Below are positions 11,401 to 25,017 of a DNA stretch of 64,000 nt, piece after piece. The DNA is from Eledone cirrhosa (Eukaryota). The first letter of the stretch is position 1. The number at the start of each line of letters is the position of its first letter. Where the stretch lies: NCBI GenBank assembly GCA_964016885.1, contig CAXHJY010000096.1, positions 1,736,001-1,800,000 of the forward strand, read 5' to 3'. The notes under the pieces were generated by a model. It was not told the origin of the DNA, searched no databases, and worked only from the letters and a program-made list of their open reading frames with translations. The position numbers and the translations under genes were made by a program.

Positions 11401-13615
11401 AATTTCCAGCCGTCCAAGGGGAGATAATTTCCATCCTTCCAAGGGGATATAATTTCCAGCCGTCCAAGGGGAGATAATTTCCCGCCAGCCAAGGGAAGAT
11501 AATTTTTAAAAAAATCAGGCGGAGATTGTAAAAAAAATCAGGGGGGAGATAATTTGTAAAAAAATCAGGGGGAGATAATTTGTAAAAAAAAATCAGGGGG
11601 AGATAATTTGTAAAAAATAATCAGGGGGAGATAATTTGTAAAAAAAAATCAAGGGGAGATAATTTCCAGCCGTCCAAGGGGAGATAATTTCCCGCCAGCC
11701 AAGGGAAGATAATATTTAAAAAAATTAGGCGGCGATAATTTGTAAAAAATAATCAGGGGGAGATAATTTGTAAAAAAAAATCAAGGGGAGATAATTTCCA
11801 GCCGTCCAAGGGGAGATAATTTTCAGCCGTCCAAGGAGAGGTAATTTCTAGCCGTCCAAGGGGAGATAATTTCCAGCCGTCCAAGGGGAGGTAATTTCCA
11901 GCCGTCCAAGGGGAGATAATTTAAAAAAAAAAATCAGGCGGAGATAATTTGTAAAAAAAATCAAGGGGAGATAATTTGCAGCCGTCCAAGGGGAGATAAT
12001 TTTCAGTCGTCCAAGGAGAGGTAATTTCTAGCCGTCCAAGGGGAGATAATTGCCAGCCGTCCAAAGGGAGATAATTTCCAGCCGTCCAAGGGGAGATAAT
12101 TTTTTTTAAAAAATCAGGCGGAGATAATTTGTAAAAAAAATCAGGGGGAGATAATTTGTAAACAAAATCAGGGGGAGATAATTTGTAAAAAAAAATCAGG
12201 GGGAGATAATTTGTAAAAAAAATCATGGAGAGATAATTTCCAGCCGTCCAAGGTGAGATAATTTCCAGCCGTCCAAGGAGACATATTTTCCAGCCGTCCA
12301 AGGCGAGGTAATTTCTAGCCGTCCAAGGGGAGATAAATTCCAGCCTCCAAGGGGAGATAATTTCCAGCTAGCCAAGTGGAGATAATTTGTAAAAAAATCA
12401 GGGGGAGATAATTTGTAAAAAATATCAGGGAGATAATTTGTAAAAAAAAATCAGGGGGAGATAATTTGTAAAAAAAATCAGGGGGAGATAATTTGTAAAA
12501 AAAAATCAGGGGGAGATAATTTGTAAAAAAAATCAAGGGGAGATAATTTCCAGCCGTCCAAGGGGAGATAATTTTCAGCCGTCCAAGGGGAGATAATTTC
12601 CCGCCAGCCAAGGGAAGATAATATTTAAAAAAATCAGGCGGAGATAATTTGTAAAAAAAATCAGGGGGAGATAATTTGTAAAAAAATCAGGGGGAGATAA
12701 TTTGTAAAAAAAAAATCAGGGGGAGATAATTTGTAAAAAAAATCAGGGGGAGATAATTTGTAAAAAAAAATCAGGGATAGATAATTTGTAAACAAAAATC
12801 AGGGGGAGATAATTTGTAAAAAAAAATCAGGGGGAGATAATTTGTAAAAAAAATGAAAGGGGAGATAATATCCAGCCGTCCAAGGGGAGATAATTTCCAG
12901 CCGTCCAAGGGGATATAATTTCCAGCCGTCCAAGGGGAGATAATTTCCATCCTTCCAAGGGGATATAATTTCCAGCCGTCCAAGGGGAGATAATTTCCCG
13001 CCAGCCAAGGGAAGATAATTTTTAAAAAAATCAGGCGGAGATTGTAAAAAAAATCAGGGGGGAGATAATTTGTAAAAAAATCAGGGGGAGATAATTTGTA
13101 AAAAATAATCAGGGGGAGATAATTTGTAAAAAAATTCAAGGGGAGATAATTTCCAGCCGTCCAAGGGGAGATAATTTCCCGCCAGCCAAGGGAAGATAAT
13201 ATTTAAAAAAATTAGGCGGAGATAATTTGTAAAAAAAATCAGGTGGAGATAATTTGTAAAAAAATCAGGGGGAGATAATTTGTAAAAAAAATCAGGGGGA
13301 GATAATTTGTAAAAAAAATCATGGGGAGATAATTTGTAAAAAAAAATCAGGAGTAGATAATTTGTAAAAAAAAATCAGGGGGAGATAATTTGTAAAAAAA
13401 AATCAGGGGGAGATAATTTGTAAAAAAAATCAAGGGGAGATAATATCCAGCCGTCCAAGGAGAGATAATTTTAAAAAAAATGAGGCGGAGATAATTTGTA
13501 AAAAAAAAATCAGGGGGAGTTAATTTGTAAAAAAAAATGAGGGGGAGATAATTTGTAAAAAAAATCAAGGGGAGATAATTTCCAGCCGTCAAAGGAGAGA
13601 TAATTTAAAAAAAAA

Positions 13616-16600
13616 TCAGGGGGAGATAATTTGTAAAAAAAATCAGGGGGAGATAATTTGTAAAAAAAAATCAGGGGTAGATAATTTGTAAAAAAAAATC
13701 AGGGGGAGATAATTTGTAAAAAAAAATCAGGGGGAGATAATTTGTAAAAAAAATCAAGGGGAGATAATTTCCAGCCGTCCAAGGAGAGATAATTTAAAAA
13801 AAAATCAGGGGGAGATAATTTGTAAAAAAAATCAAGGGGAGATAATTTCCAGCCGTCCAAGGGGAGATAATTTTCAGCCGTCCAAGGGGAGATAATTTCC
13901 CGCCAGCCAAGGGAAGATAATATTCAAAAAAATCAGGCGGAGATAATTTGTAAAAAAAATCAGGGGGAGATAATTTGTAAAAAAATCAGGGGGAGATAAT
14001 TTGTAAAAAAAAAATCAGGGGGAGATAATTTGTAAAAAAAATCAGGGGGAGATAATTTGTAAAAAAAAATCAGGGGTAGATAATTTGTAAAAAAAAATCA
14101 GGGGGAGATAATTTGTAAAAAAAAATCAGGGGGAGATAATTTGTAAAAAAAATGAAAGGGGAGATAATATCCAGCCGTCCAAGGGGAGATAATTTCCAGC
14201 CGTCCAAGGGGAGATAATTTCCAGCCGTCCAAGGGGAGATAATTTCCATCCTTCCAAGGGGATATAATTTCCAGCCGTCCAAGGGGAGATAATTTCCATC
14301 CTTCCAAGGGGATATAATTTCCAGCCGTCCAAGGGGAGATAATTTTCAGCCGTCCAAGGAGAGGTAATTTCTAGCCGTCCAAGGAGAGATAATTTCCAGC
14401 CGTCCAAGGGGAGATAATTTCCAGCCGTCCAAGGGGAGATAATTTCCAGCCGTCCAAGGAGACATATTTTCCAGCCGTCCAAGGAGAGGTAATTCCTAGC
14501 CGTCCAAGGGGAGATAAATTCCAGCCTCCAAGGGGAGATAATTTCCAGCCAGCCAAGGGGAGATAATTTGTAAAGAAAATCAGGGGGAGATAATTTGTAA
14601 AAAAAATCAGGGGGAGATAATTTGTAAAGAAATCAGGGGGAGATAATTTGTAAAAAAAATCAGGGGGAGATAATTTGTAAAAAAAATCAGGGGGAGATAA
14701 TTTGTAAAAAAAAATCAGGGGGAGATAATTTGTAAAAAAAATCAAGGGGAGATAATTTCCAGCCGTCCAAGGGAAGATAATTTCCAGCCCTCCAAGGGGC
14801 TATAATTTCCAGCGTCCAAGGGGAGATAATTTCCAGCCAGCGAAAGGGAGATAATTTTTTAAAAAAAATCATTGGGAGATTTGTAAAAAAATCAGGGGGA
14901 GATAATTTGTAAAAAAAATCAAGGGGAGATAATTTCCAGCCGTCCAAGGGGAGGTAATATCTAGCCGTCCAAGGGGTGATAATTTCCAGCCGTCCAAGGG
15001 GAGATAATTTCCAGCCGTCCAAGGGTAGATAATATCCAGCCGTCCAAGGACATATTTTCCAGCCGTCCAAGGAGAGGTAATTTCTAGCCGTCCAAGGGGA
15101 GATAAATTCCAGCCTCCAAGGTGAGATAATTTCCAGCCAGCCAAGGGGAGATAATTTGTAAAAAAATCAGGGGGAGATAATTTGTAAAAAAAATCAGGGG
15201 GAGATAATTTGTAAAAAAAAATCAGGGGGAGATAATTTGTAAAAAAAATCAAGGGGAGATAATTTCCAGCCGTCCAAGGGGAGATAATTTTCAGCCGTCC
15301 AAGGGGAGATAATTTCCCGCCAGCCAAGGGAAGATAATATTTAAAAAAATCAGGCGGAGATAATTTGTAAAAAAAATCAGGGGGAGATAATTTGTAAAAA
15401 AATCAGGGGGAGATAATTTGTAAAAAAAAAATCAGGGGGAGATAATTTGTAAAAAAAATCAGGGGGAGATAATTTGTAAAAAAAAATCAGGGGTAGATGA
15501 ATTGTAAAAAAAAATCAGGGGGAGATAATTTGTAAAAAAAATCAGGGGGAGATAATTTGTAAAAAATATGAAAGGGGAGATAATATCCAGCCGTCCAAGG
15601 GGAGATAATTTCCAGCCGTCCAAGGGGAGATAATTTCCAGCCGTCCAAGGGGAGATAATTTCCATCCTTCCAAGGGGATATAATTTCCAGCCGTCCAAGG
15701 GGAGATAATTTCCCGCCAGCCAAGGGAAGATAATATTTAAAAAAATTAGGCGGAGATAATTTGTAAAAAAAATCAGGGGGAGATAATTTGTAAAAAATCA
15801 GGGGGAGATAATTTGTAAAAAAAATCAGGGGGAGATAATTTGTAAAAAAAATCATGGGGAGATAATTTGTAAAAAAAAATCAGGGGTAGATAATTTGTAA
15901 AAAAAAATCAGGGGGAGATAATTTGTAAAAAAAAAATCAGGGGGAGATAATTTGTAAAAAAAATCAAGGGGAGATAATTTCCAGCCGTCCAAGGGGAGAT
16001 AATTTTCAGCCGTCCAAGGAGAGGTAATTTCTAGCCGTCCAAGGGGAGATAATTTCCAGCCGTCCAAGGGGAGGTAATTTCCAGCCGTCCAAGGGGAGAT
16101 AATTTTAAAAAAAAAATCAGGCGGAGATAATTTGTAAAAAAAATCAAGGGGAGATAATTTGCAGCCGTCCAAGGGGAGATAATTTTCAGTCGTCCAAGGA
16201 GAGGTAATTTCTAGCCGTCCAAGGGGAGATAATTGCCAGCCGTCCAAGGGGAGATAATTTCCAGCCGTCCAAGGGGAGATAATTTTTTTTAAAAAATCAG
16301 GCGGAGATAATTTGTAAAAAAAATCAGGGGGAGATAATTTGTAAACAAAATCAGGGGGAGATAATTTGTAAAAAAAAATCAGGGGTAGATAATTTGTAAA
16401 AAAAAATCAGGGGGAGATAATTTGTAAAAAAAAATCAGGGGGAGATAATTTGTAAAAAAAATCAAGGGGAGATAATTTCCAGCCGTCCAAGGGGAGATAA
16501 TTTTCAGCCGTCCAAGGAGAGGTAATTTCTAGCCGTCCAAGGGGAGATAATTTCCAGCCGTCCAAGGGGAGGTAATTTCCAGCCGTCCAAGGGGAGATAA

Positions 16601-19600
16601 TTTAAAAAAAAAAATCAGGCGGAGATAATTTGTAAAAAAAATCAAGGGGAGATAATTTGCAGCCGTCCAAGGGGAGATAATTTTCAGTCGTCCAAGGAGA
16701 GGTAATTTCTAGCCGTCCAAGGGGAGATAATTGCCAGCCGTCCAAGGGGAGATAATTTCCAGCCGTCCAAGGGGAGATAATTTTTTTTAAAAAATCAGGC
16801 GGAGATAATTTGTAAAAAAAATCAGGGGGAGATAATTTGTAAACAAAATCAGGGGGAGATAATTTGTAAAAAAAAATCAGGGGGAGATAATTTGTAAAAA
16901 AAATCATGGAGAGATAATTTCCAGCCGTCCAAGGGGAGATAATTTCCAGCCTTCCAAGGAGACATATTTTCCAGCCGTCCAAGGCGAGGTAATTTCTAGC
17001 CGTCCAAGGGGAGATAAATTCCAGCCTCCAAGGGGAGATAATTTCCAGCCAGCCAAGTGGAGATAATTTGTAAAAAAATCAGGAGGAGATAATTTGTAAA
17101 AAATATCAGGGAGATAATTTGTAAAAAAAAATCAGGGGGAGATAATTTGTAAAAAAAATCAGGGGGAGATAATTTGTAAAAAAAAATCAGGGGGAGATAA
17201 TTTGTAAAAAAAATCAAGGGGAGATAATTTCCAGCCGTCCAAGGGGAGATAATTTTCAGCCGTCCAAGGGGAGATAATTTCCCGCCAGCCAAGGGAAGAT
17301 AATATTTAAAAAAATCAGGCGGAGATAATTTGTAAAAAAAATCAGGGGGAGATAATTTGTAAAAAAATCAGGGGGAGATAATTTGTAAAAAAAAAATCAG
17401 GGGGAGATAATTTGTAAAAAAAATCAGGGGGAGATAATTTGTAAAAAAAAATCAGGGGTAGATAATTTGTAAACAAATATCAGGGGGAGATAATTTGTAA
17501 AAAAAAATCAGGGGGAGATAATTTGTAAAAAAAATGAAAGGGGAGATAATATCCAGCCGTCCAAGGGGAGATAATTTCCAGCCGTCCAAGGGGATATAAT
17601 TTCCAGCCGTCCAAGGGGAGATAATTTCCATCCTTCCAAGGGGATATAATTTCCAGCCGTCCAAGGGGAGATAATTTCCCGCCAGCCAAGGGAAGATAAT
17701 TTTTAAAAAAATCAGGCGGAGATTGTAAAAAAAATCAGGGGGGAGATAATTTGTAAAAAAATCAGGGGGAGATAATTTGTAAAAAATAATCAGGGGGAGA
17801 TAATTTGTAAAAAAATTCAAGGGGAGATAATTTCCAGCCGTCCAAGGGGAGATAATTTCCCGCCAGCCAAGGGAAGATAATATTTAAAAAAATCAGGCGG
17901 AGATTGTAAAAAAAATCAGGGGGGAGATAATTTGTAAAAAAATCAGGGGGAGATAATTTGTAAAAAAAATCAGGGGGAGATAATTTGTAAAAAAATCAGG
18001 GGGAGATAATTTGTAAAAAAAATCAGGGGGAGATAATTTGTAAAAAAAATCATGGGGAGATAATTTGTAAAAAGAAATCAGGGGTAGATAATTTGTAAAA
18101 AAAAATCAGGGGGAGATAATTTGTAAAAAAAAATCAGGGGAGATAATTTGTAAAAAAAATCAAGGGGAGATAATATCCAGCCGTCCAAGGAGAGATAATT
18201 TTTAAAAAAAATGAGGCGGAGATAATTTGTAAAAAAAAAATCAGGGGGAGTTAATTTGTAAAAAAAAATGAGGGGGAGATAATTTGTAAAAAAATCAAGG
18301 GGAGATAATTTCCAGCCGTCCAAGGGGAGATAATTTTCAGCCGTCCAAGGAGAGGTAATTTCTAGCCGTCCAAGGGGAGATAATTTCCAGCCGTCCAAGG
18401 GGAGGTAATTTCCAGCCGTCCAAGGGGAGATAATTTTAAAAAAAAAATCAGGCGGAGATAATTTGTAAAAAAAATCAAGGGGAGATAATTTGCAGCCGTC
18501 CAAGGGGAGATAATTTTCAGTCGTCCAAGGAGAGGTAATTTCTAGCCGTCCAAGGGGAGATAATTTCCAGCCGTCCAAGGGGAGATAATTTCCAGCCGTC
18601 CAAGGGGAGATAATTTTTTTTTAAAAATCAGGCGGAGATAATTTGTAAAAAAAATCAGGGGGAGATAATTTGTAAACAAAATCAGGGGGAGATAATTTGT
18701 AAAAAAAAATCAGGGGGAGATAATTTGTAAAAAAAATTAGGCGTAGATAATTTGTAAAAAAAAATCAGGGGGAGATAATTTGTAAAAAAAAATCAGGGGG
18801 AGATAATTTGTTTAAAAAATCAAGGGGAGATAATTTGCAGCCGTCCAAGGGGAGATAATTTTCAGCCGTCCAAGGAGAGGTAATTTCTAGCCGTTCAAGG
18901 GGAGATAATTTCCAGCCGTCCAAGGGGAGATAATTTCCAGCCGTCCAAGGGGAGATAATTTTTTTTTAAAAATCAGGCGGAGATAATTTGTAAAAAAAAA
19001 TCAGGGGGAGATAATTCGTAAAAAAAAATCAGGGGGAGATAATTTGTAAAAAAAAATCAGGGGGAGATAATTTGTAAAAAAAATCAAGGGGAGATAATTT
19101 CCAGCCGTCCAAGGGGAGGTAATATCTAGCCGTCCAAGGGGAGATAATTTCCAGCCGTCCAAGGGGAGATAATTTCCAGCCGTCCAAGGGGAGATAATTT
19201 CCAGCCGTCCAAGGAGACATATTTTCCAGCCGTCCAAGGCGAGGTAATTTCTAGCCGTCCAAGGGGAGATAAATTCCAGCCTCCAAGGGGAGATAATTTC
19301 CAGCCAGCCAAGGGGAGATAATTTGTAAAAAAATCAGGGGGAGATAATTTGTAAAAAATATCAGGGAGATAATTTGTAAAAAAAAATCAGGGGGAGATAA
19401 TTTGTAAAAAAAATCAGGGGGAGATAATTTGTAAAAAAAATCAAGGGGAGATAATTTCCAGCCGTCCAAGGGGAGATAATTTTCAGCCGTCCAAAGAGAG
19501 GTAATTTCTAACCGTCCGAGGAGAGATAATTTCCAGCCGTCCAAGGGGAGATAATTTCCAGCCGTCCAAGGGGAGATAATTTCCAGCCGTCCAAGGAGAC

Positions 19601-22600
19601 ATATTTTCCAGCCGTCCAAGGAGAGGTAATTTCTAGCCGTCCAAGGGGAGATAAATTCCAGCCTCCAAGGGGAGATAATTTCCAGCCAGCCAAATGGAGA
19701 TAATTTGTAAAAAAATCAGGGGGAGATAATTTGCAAAAAAAATCAGGGGGAGATAATTTGTAAAAAATAATCAGGGGGAGATAATTTCCAGCCGTCCAAG
19801 GGGAGATAATTTAAAAAAAAATCAGGCGGAGATAATTTGTAAAAAAAAATCAGGGGGAGATAATTTGTAAAAAAAAATCAGGGGGAGATAATTTGTAAAA
19901 AAAATCAAGGGGAGATAATTTCCAGCCGTCCAAGGGAAGATAATTTCCAGCCCTCCAAGGGGCTATAATTTCCAGTGTCCAAGGGGAGATAATTTCCAGC
20001 CAGCGAAGGGGAGATAATTTTTTTTAAAAAATCATTGGGAGATTTGTAAAAAAAATCAGGGGGAGATAATTTGTAAAAAAAATCAAGGGGAGATAATTTC
20101 CAGCCGTCCAAGGGGAGGTAATATCTAGCCGTCCAAGGGGAGATAATTTCCAGCCGTCCAAGGGGAGATAATTTCCAGCCGTCCCAGGGTAGATAATATC
20201 CAGCCGCCCAAGGACATATTTTCCAGCCATCCAAGGAGAGGTAATTTCTAGCCGTCCAAGGGGAGATAAATTCCAGCCTCCAAGGGGAGATAATTTCCAG
20301 CCAGCCAAGGGGAGATAATTTGTAAAAAAATCAGGGGGAGATAATTTGTAAAAAAAATCAGGGGGAGATAATTTGTAAAAAAAATCAAGGGGAGATAATT
20401 TCCAGCCGTCCAAGGAGAGATAATTTTAAAAAAAATCAGGCGGAGATAATTTGTAAAAAAAAATCAGGGGGAGATAATTTGTAAAAAAAATCAGGGGGAG
20501 ATAATTTGTAAAAAAAAATCAGGGGTAGATAATTTGTAAAAAAAATCAGGGGGAGATAATTTGTAAAAAAAAATCAGGGGGAGATAATTTGTAAAAAAAA
20601 TCAAGGGGAGATAATTTCCAGCCGTCCAAGGAGAGATAATTTTAAAAAAAATCAGGCGGAGATAATTTGTAAAAAAAAATTAGGGGGAGATAATTTGTAA
20701 AAAAAAATCAGGGGGAGATAATTTGTAAAAAAAATCAAGGGGAGATAATTTCCAGCCGTCCAAGGGGAGATAATTTTTAGCCGTCCAAGGGGAGATAATT
20801 TCCCGCCAGCCAAGGGAAGATAATATTCAAAAAAATCAGGCGGAGATAATTTGTAAAAAAAATCAGGGGGAGATAATTTGTAAAAAAATCAGGGGGAGAT
20901 AATTTGTAAAAAAAAAAATCAGGGGGAGATAATTTGTAAAAAAAATCAGGGGGAGATAATTTGTAAAAAAAAATCAGGGGTAGATAATTTGTAAAAAAAA
21001 ATCAGGGGGAGATAATTTGTAAAAAAAAATCAGGGGGAGATAATTTGTAAAAAAAATGAAAGGGGAGATAATATCCAGCCGTCCAAGGGGAGATAATTTC
21101 CAGCCGTCCAAGGGGAGATAATTTCCAGCCGTCCAAGGGGAGATAATTTCCATCCTTCCAAGGGGATATAATTTCCAGCCGTCCAAGGGGAGATAATTTC
21201 CATCCTTCCAAGGGGATATAATTTCCAGCCGTCCAAGGGGAGATAATTTTCAGCCGTCCAAGGAGAGGTAATTTCTAGCCGTCCAAGGAGAGATAATTTC
21301 CAGCCGTCCAAGGGGAGATAATTTCCAGCCGTCCAAGGGGAGATAATTTCCAGCCGTCCAAGGAGACATATTTTCCAGCCGTCCAAGGAGAGGTAATTCC
21401 TAGCCGTCCAAGGGGAGATAAATTCCAGCCTCCAAGGGGAGATAATTTCCAGCCAGCCAAGGGGAGATAATTTGTAAATAAAATCAGGGGGAGATAATTT
21501 GTAAAAAAAATCAGGGGGAGATAATTTGTAAAAAAAAATCAGGGGGAGATAATTTGTAAAAAATAATCAGGGGGAGATAATTTGTAAAAAAAATCAAGGG
21601 GAGATAATTTCCAGCCGTCCAAGGGGAGATAATTTTCAGCCGTCCAAGGGGAGATAATTTCCCGCCAGCCAAGGGAAGATAATATTTAAAAAAATTAGGC
21701 GGAGATAATTTGTAAAAAAAATCAGGGGGAGATAATTTGTAAAAAAATCAGGGGGAGATAATTTGTAAAAAAAATCAGGGGGAGATAATTTGTAAAAAAA
21801 ATCAGGGGGAGATAATTTGTAAAAAAAAATCAGGGGGAGATAATTTGTAAAAAAAATCAAGGGGAGATAATTTCCAGCCGTCCAAGGGAAGATAATTTCC
21901 AGCCCTCCAAGGGGCTATAATTTCCAGCGTCCAATGGGAGATAATTTCCAGCCAGCGAAGGGGAGATAATTTTTTTTAAAAAATCATTGGGAGATTTGTA
22001 AAAAAAATCAGGGGGAGATAATTTGTAAAAAAAATCAAGGGGAGATAATTTCCAGCCGTCCAAGGGGAGGTAATATCTAGCCGTCCAAGGGGAGATAATT
22101 TCCAGCCGTCCAAGGGGAGATAATTTCCAGCCGTCCAAGGGTAGATAATATCCAGCCGTCCAAGGACATATTTTCCAGCCGTCCAAGGAGAGGTAATTTC
22201 TAGCCGTCCAAGGGGAGATAAATTCCAGCCTCCAAGGTGAGATAATTTCCAGCCAGCCAAGGGGAGATAATTTGTAAAAAAATCAGGGGGAGATAATTTG
22301 TAAAAAAAATCAGGGGGAGATAATTTGTAAAAAAAAATCAGGGGGAGATAATTTGTAAAAAAAAATCAGGGGGAGATAATTTGTAAAAAAAAATCAGGGG
22401 GAGATAATTTGTAAAAAAATCAAGGGGAGATAATTTCCAGCCGTCCAAGGGGAGATAATTTTCAGCCGTCCAAGGGGAGATAATTTCCCGCCAGCCAAGG
22501 GAAGATAATATTTGAAAAAATCAGGCGGAGATAATTTGTAAAAAAAATCAGGGGGAGATAATTTGTAAAAAAATCAGGGGGAGATAATTTGTAAAAAAAA

Positions 22601-25017
22601 AATCAGGGGGAGATAATTTGTAAAAAGAATCAGGGGGAGATAATTTGTAAAAAAAAATCAGGGGTAGATAAATTGTAAAAAAAAATCAGGGGGAGATAAT
22701 TTGTAAAAAAAATCAGGGGGAGATAATTTGTAAAAAAAATGAAAGGGGAGATAATATCCAGCCGTCCAAGGGGAGATAATTTCCAGCCGTCCAAGGGGAG
22801 ATAATTTCCAGCCGTCCAAGGGGAGATAATTTCCATCCTTCCAAGGGGATATAATTTCCAGCCGTCCAAGGGGAGATAATTTCCCGCCAGCCAAGGGAAG
22901 ATAATTTTTAAAAAAATCAGGCGGAGATTGTAAAAAAAATCAGGGGGGAGATAATTTGTAAAAAAATCAGGGGGAGATAATTTGTAAAAAAAAATCAGGG
23001 GGAGATAATTTGTAAAAAATAATCAGGGGGAGATAATTTGTAAAAAAAAATCAAGGGGAGATAATTTCCAGCCGTCCAAGGGGAGATAATTTCCCGCCAG
23101 CCAAGGGAAGATAATATTTAAAAAAATTAGGCGGCGATAATTTGTAAAAAATAATCAGGGGGAGATAATTTGTAAAAAAAAATCAAGGGGAGATAATTTC
23201 CAGCCGTCCAAGGGGAGATAATTTTCAGCCGTCCAAGGAGAGGTAATTTCTAGCCGTCCAAGGGGAGATAATTTCCAGCCGTCCAAGGGGAGGTAATTTC
23301 CAGCCGTCCAAGGGGAGATAATTTAAAAAAAAAAATCAGGCGGAGATAATTTGTAAAAAAAATCAAGGGGAGATAATTTGCAGCCGTCCAAGGGGAGATA
23401 ATTTTCAGTCGTCCAAGGAGAGGTAATTTCTAGCCGTCCAAGGGGAGATAATTGCCAGCCGTCCAAAGGGAGATAATTTCCAGCCGTCCAAGGGGAGATA
23501 ATTTTTTTTAAAAAATCAGGCGGAGATAATTTGTAAAAAAAATCAGGGGGAGATAATTTGTAAACAAAATCAGGGGGAGATAATTTGTAAAAAAAAATCA
23601 GGGGGAGATAATTTGTAAAAAAAATCATGGAGAGATAATTTCCAGCCGTCCAAGGTGAGATAATTTCCAGCCGTCCAAGGAGACATATTTTCCAGCCGTC
23701 CAAGGCGAGGTAATTTCTAGCCGTCCAAGGGGAGATAAATTCCAGCCTCCAAGGGGAGATAATTTCCAGCTAGCCAAGTGGAGATAATTTGTAAAAAAAT
23801 CAGGGGGAGATAATTTGTAAAAAATATCAGGGAGATAATTTGTAAAAAAAAATCAGGGGGAGATAATTTGTAAAAAAAATCAGGGGGAGATAATTTGTAA
23901 AAAAAAATCAGGGGGAGATAATTTGTAAAAAAAATCAAGGGGAGATAATTTCCAGCCGTCCAAGGGGAGATAATTTTCAGCCGTCCAAGGGGAGATAATT
24001 TCCCGCCAGCCAAGGGAAGATAATATTTAAAAAAATCAGGCGGAGATAATTTGTAAAAAAAATCAGGGGGAGATAATTTGTAAAAAAATCAGGGGGAGAT
24101 AATTTGTAAAAAAAAAATCAGGGGGAGATAATTTGTAAAAAAAATCAGGGGGAGATAATTTGTAAAAAAAAATCAGGGATAGATAATTTGTAAACAAAAA
24201 TCAGGGGGAGATAATTTGTAAAAAAAAATCAGGGGGAGATAATTTGTAAAAAAAATGAAAGGGGAGATAATATCCAGCCGTCCAAGGGGAGATAATTTCC
24301 AGCCGTCCAAGGGGATATAATTTCCAGCCGTCCAAGGGGAGATAATTTCCATCCTTCCAAGGGGATATAATTTCCAGCCGTCCAAGGGGAGATAATTTCC
24401 CGCCAGCCAAGGGAAGATAATTTTTAAAAAAATCAGGCGGAGATTGTAAAAAAAATCAGGGGGGAGATAATTTGTAAAAAAATCAGGGGGAGATAATTTG
24501 TAAAAAATAATCAGGGGGAGATAATTTGTAAAAAAATTCAAGGGGAGATAATTTCCAGCCGTCCAAGGGGAGATAATTTCCCGCCAGCCAAGGGAAGATA
24601 ATATTTAAAAAAATTAGGCGGAGATAATTTGTAAAAAAAATCAGGTGGAGATAATTTGTAAAAAAATCAGGGGGAGATAATTTGTAAAAAAAATCAGGGG
24701 GAGATAATTTGTAAAAAAAATCATGGGGAGATAATTTGTAAAAAAAAATCAGGAGTAGATAATTTGTAAAAAAAAATCAGGGGGAGATAATTTGTAAAAA
24801 AAAATCAGGGGGAGATAATTTGTAAAAAAAATCAAGGGGAGATAATATCCAGCCGTCCAAGGAGAGATAATTTTAAAAAAAATGAGGCGGAGATAATTTG
24901 TAAAAAAAAAATCAGGGGGAGTTAATTTGTAAAAAAAAATGAGGGGGAGATAATTTGTAAAAAAAATCAAGGGGAGATAATTTCCAGCCGTCCAAGGAGA
25001 GATAATTTAAAAAAAAA
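13616..25017 (+). repeat. 11.4-kb higher-order repeat, unit 2
   Basis: Near-identical to unit 1 but lacks one 28-bp B monomer (19325-19457 versus 7895-8055). Confidence 0.92.

Larger units (their letters stand above)
2187..13615 (+). repeat. 11.4-kb higher-order repeat, unit 1
   Basis: ORF markers recur at offsets of 11429-11430 (2641/14070, 4030/15459, 6648/18078, 7571/19001) and then 11402 (8503/19905, 11228/22630, 13347/24749). Confidence 0.92.
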
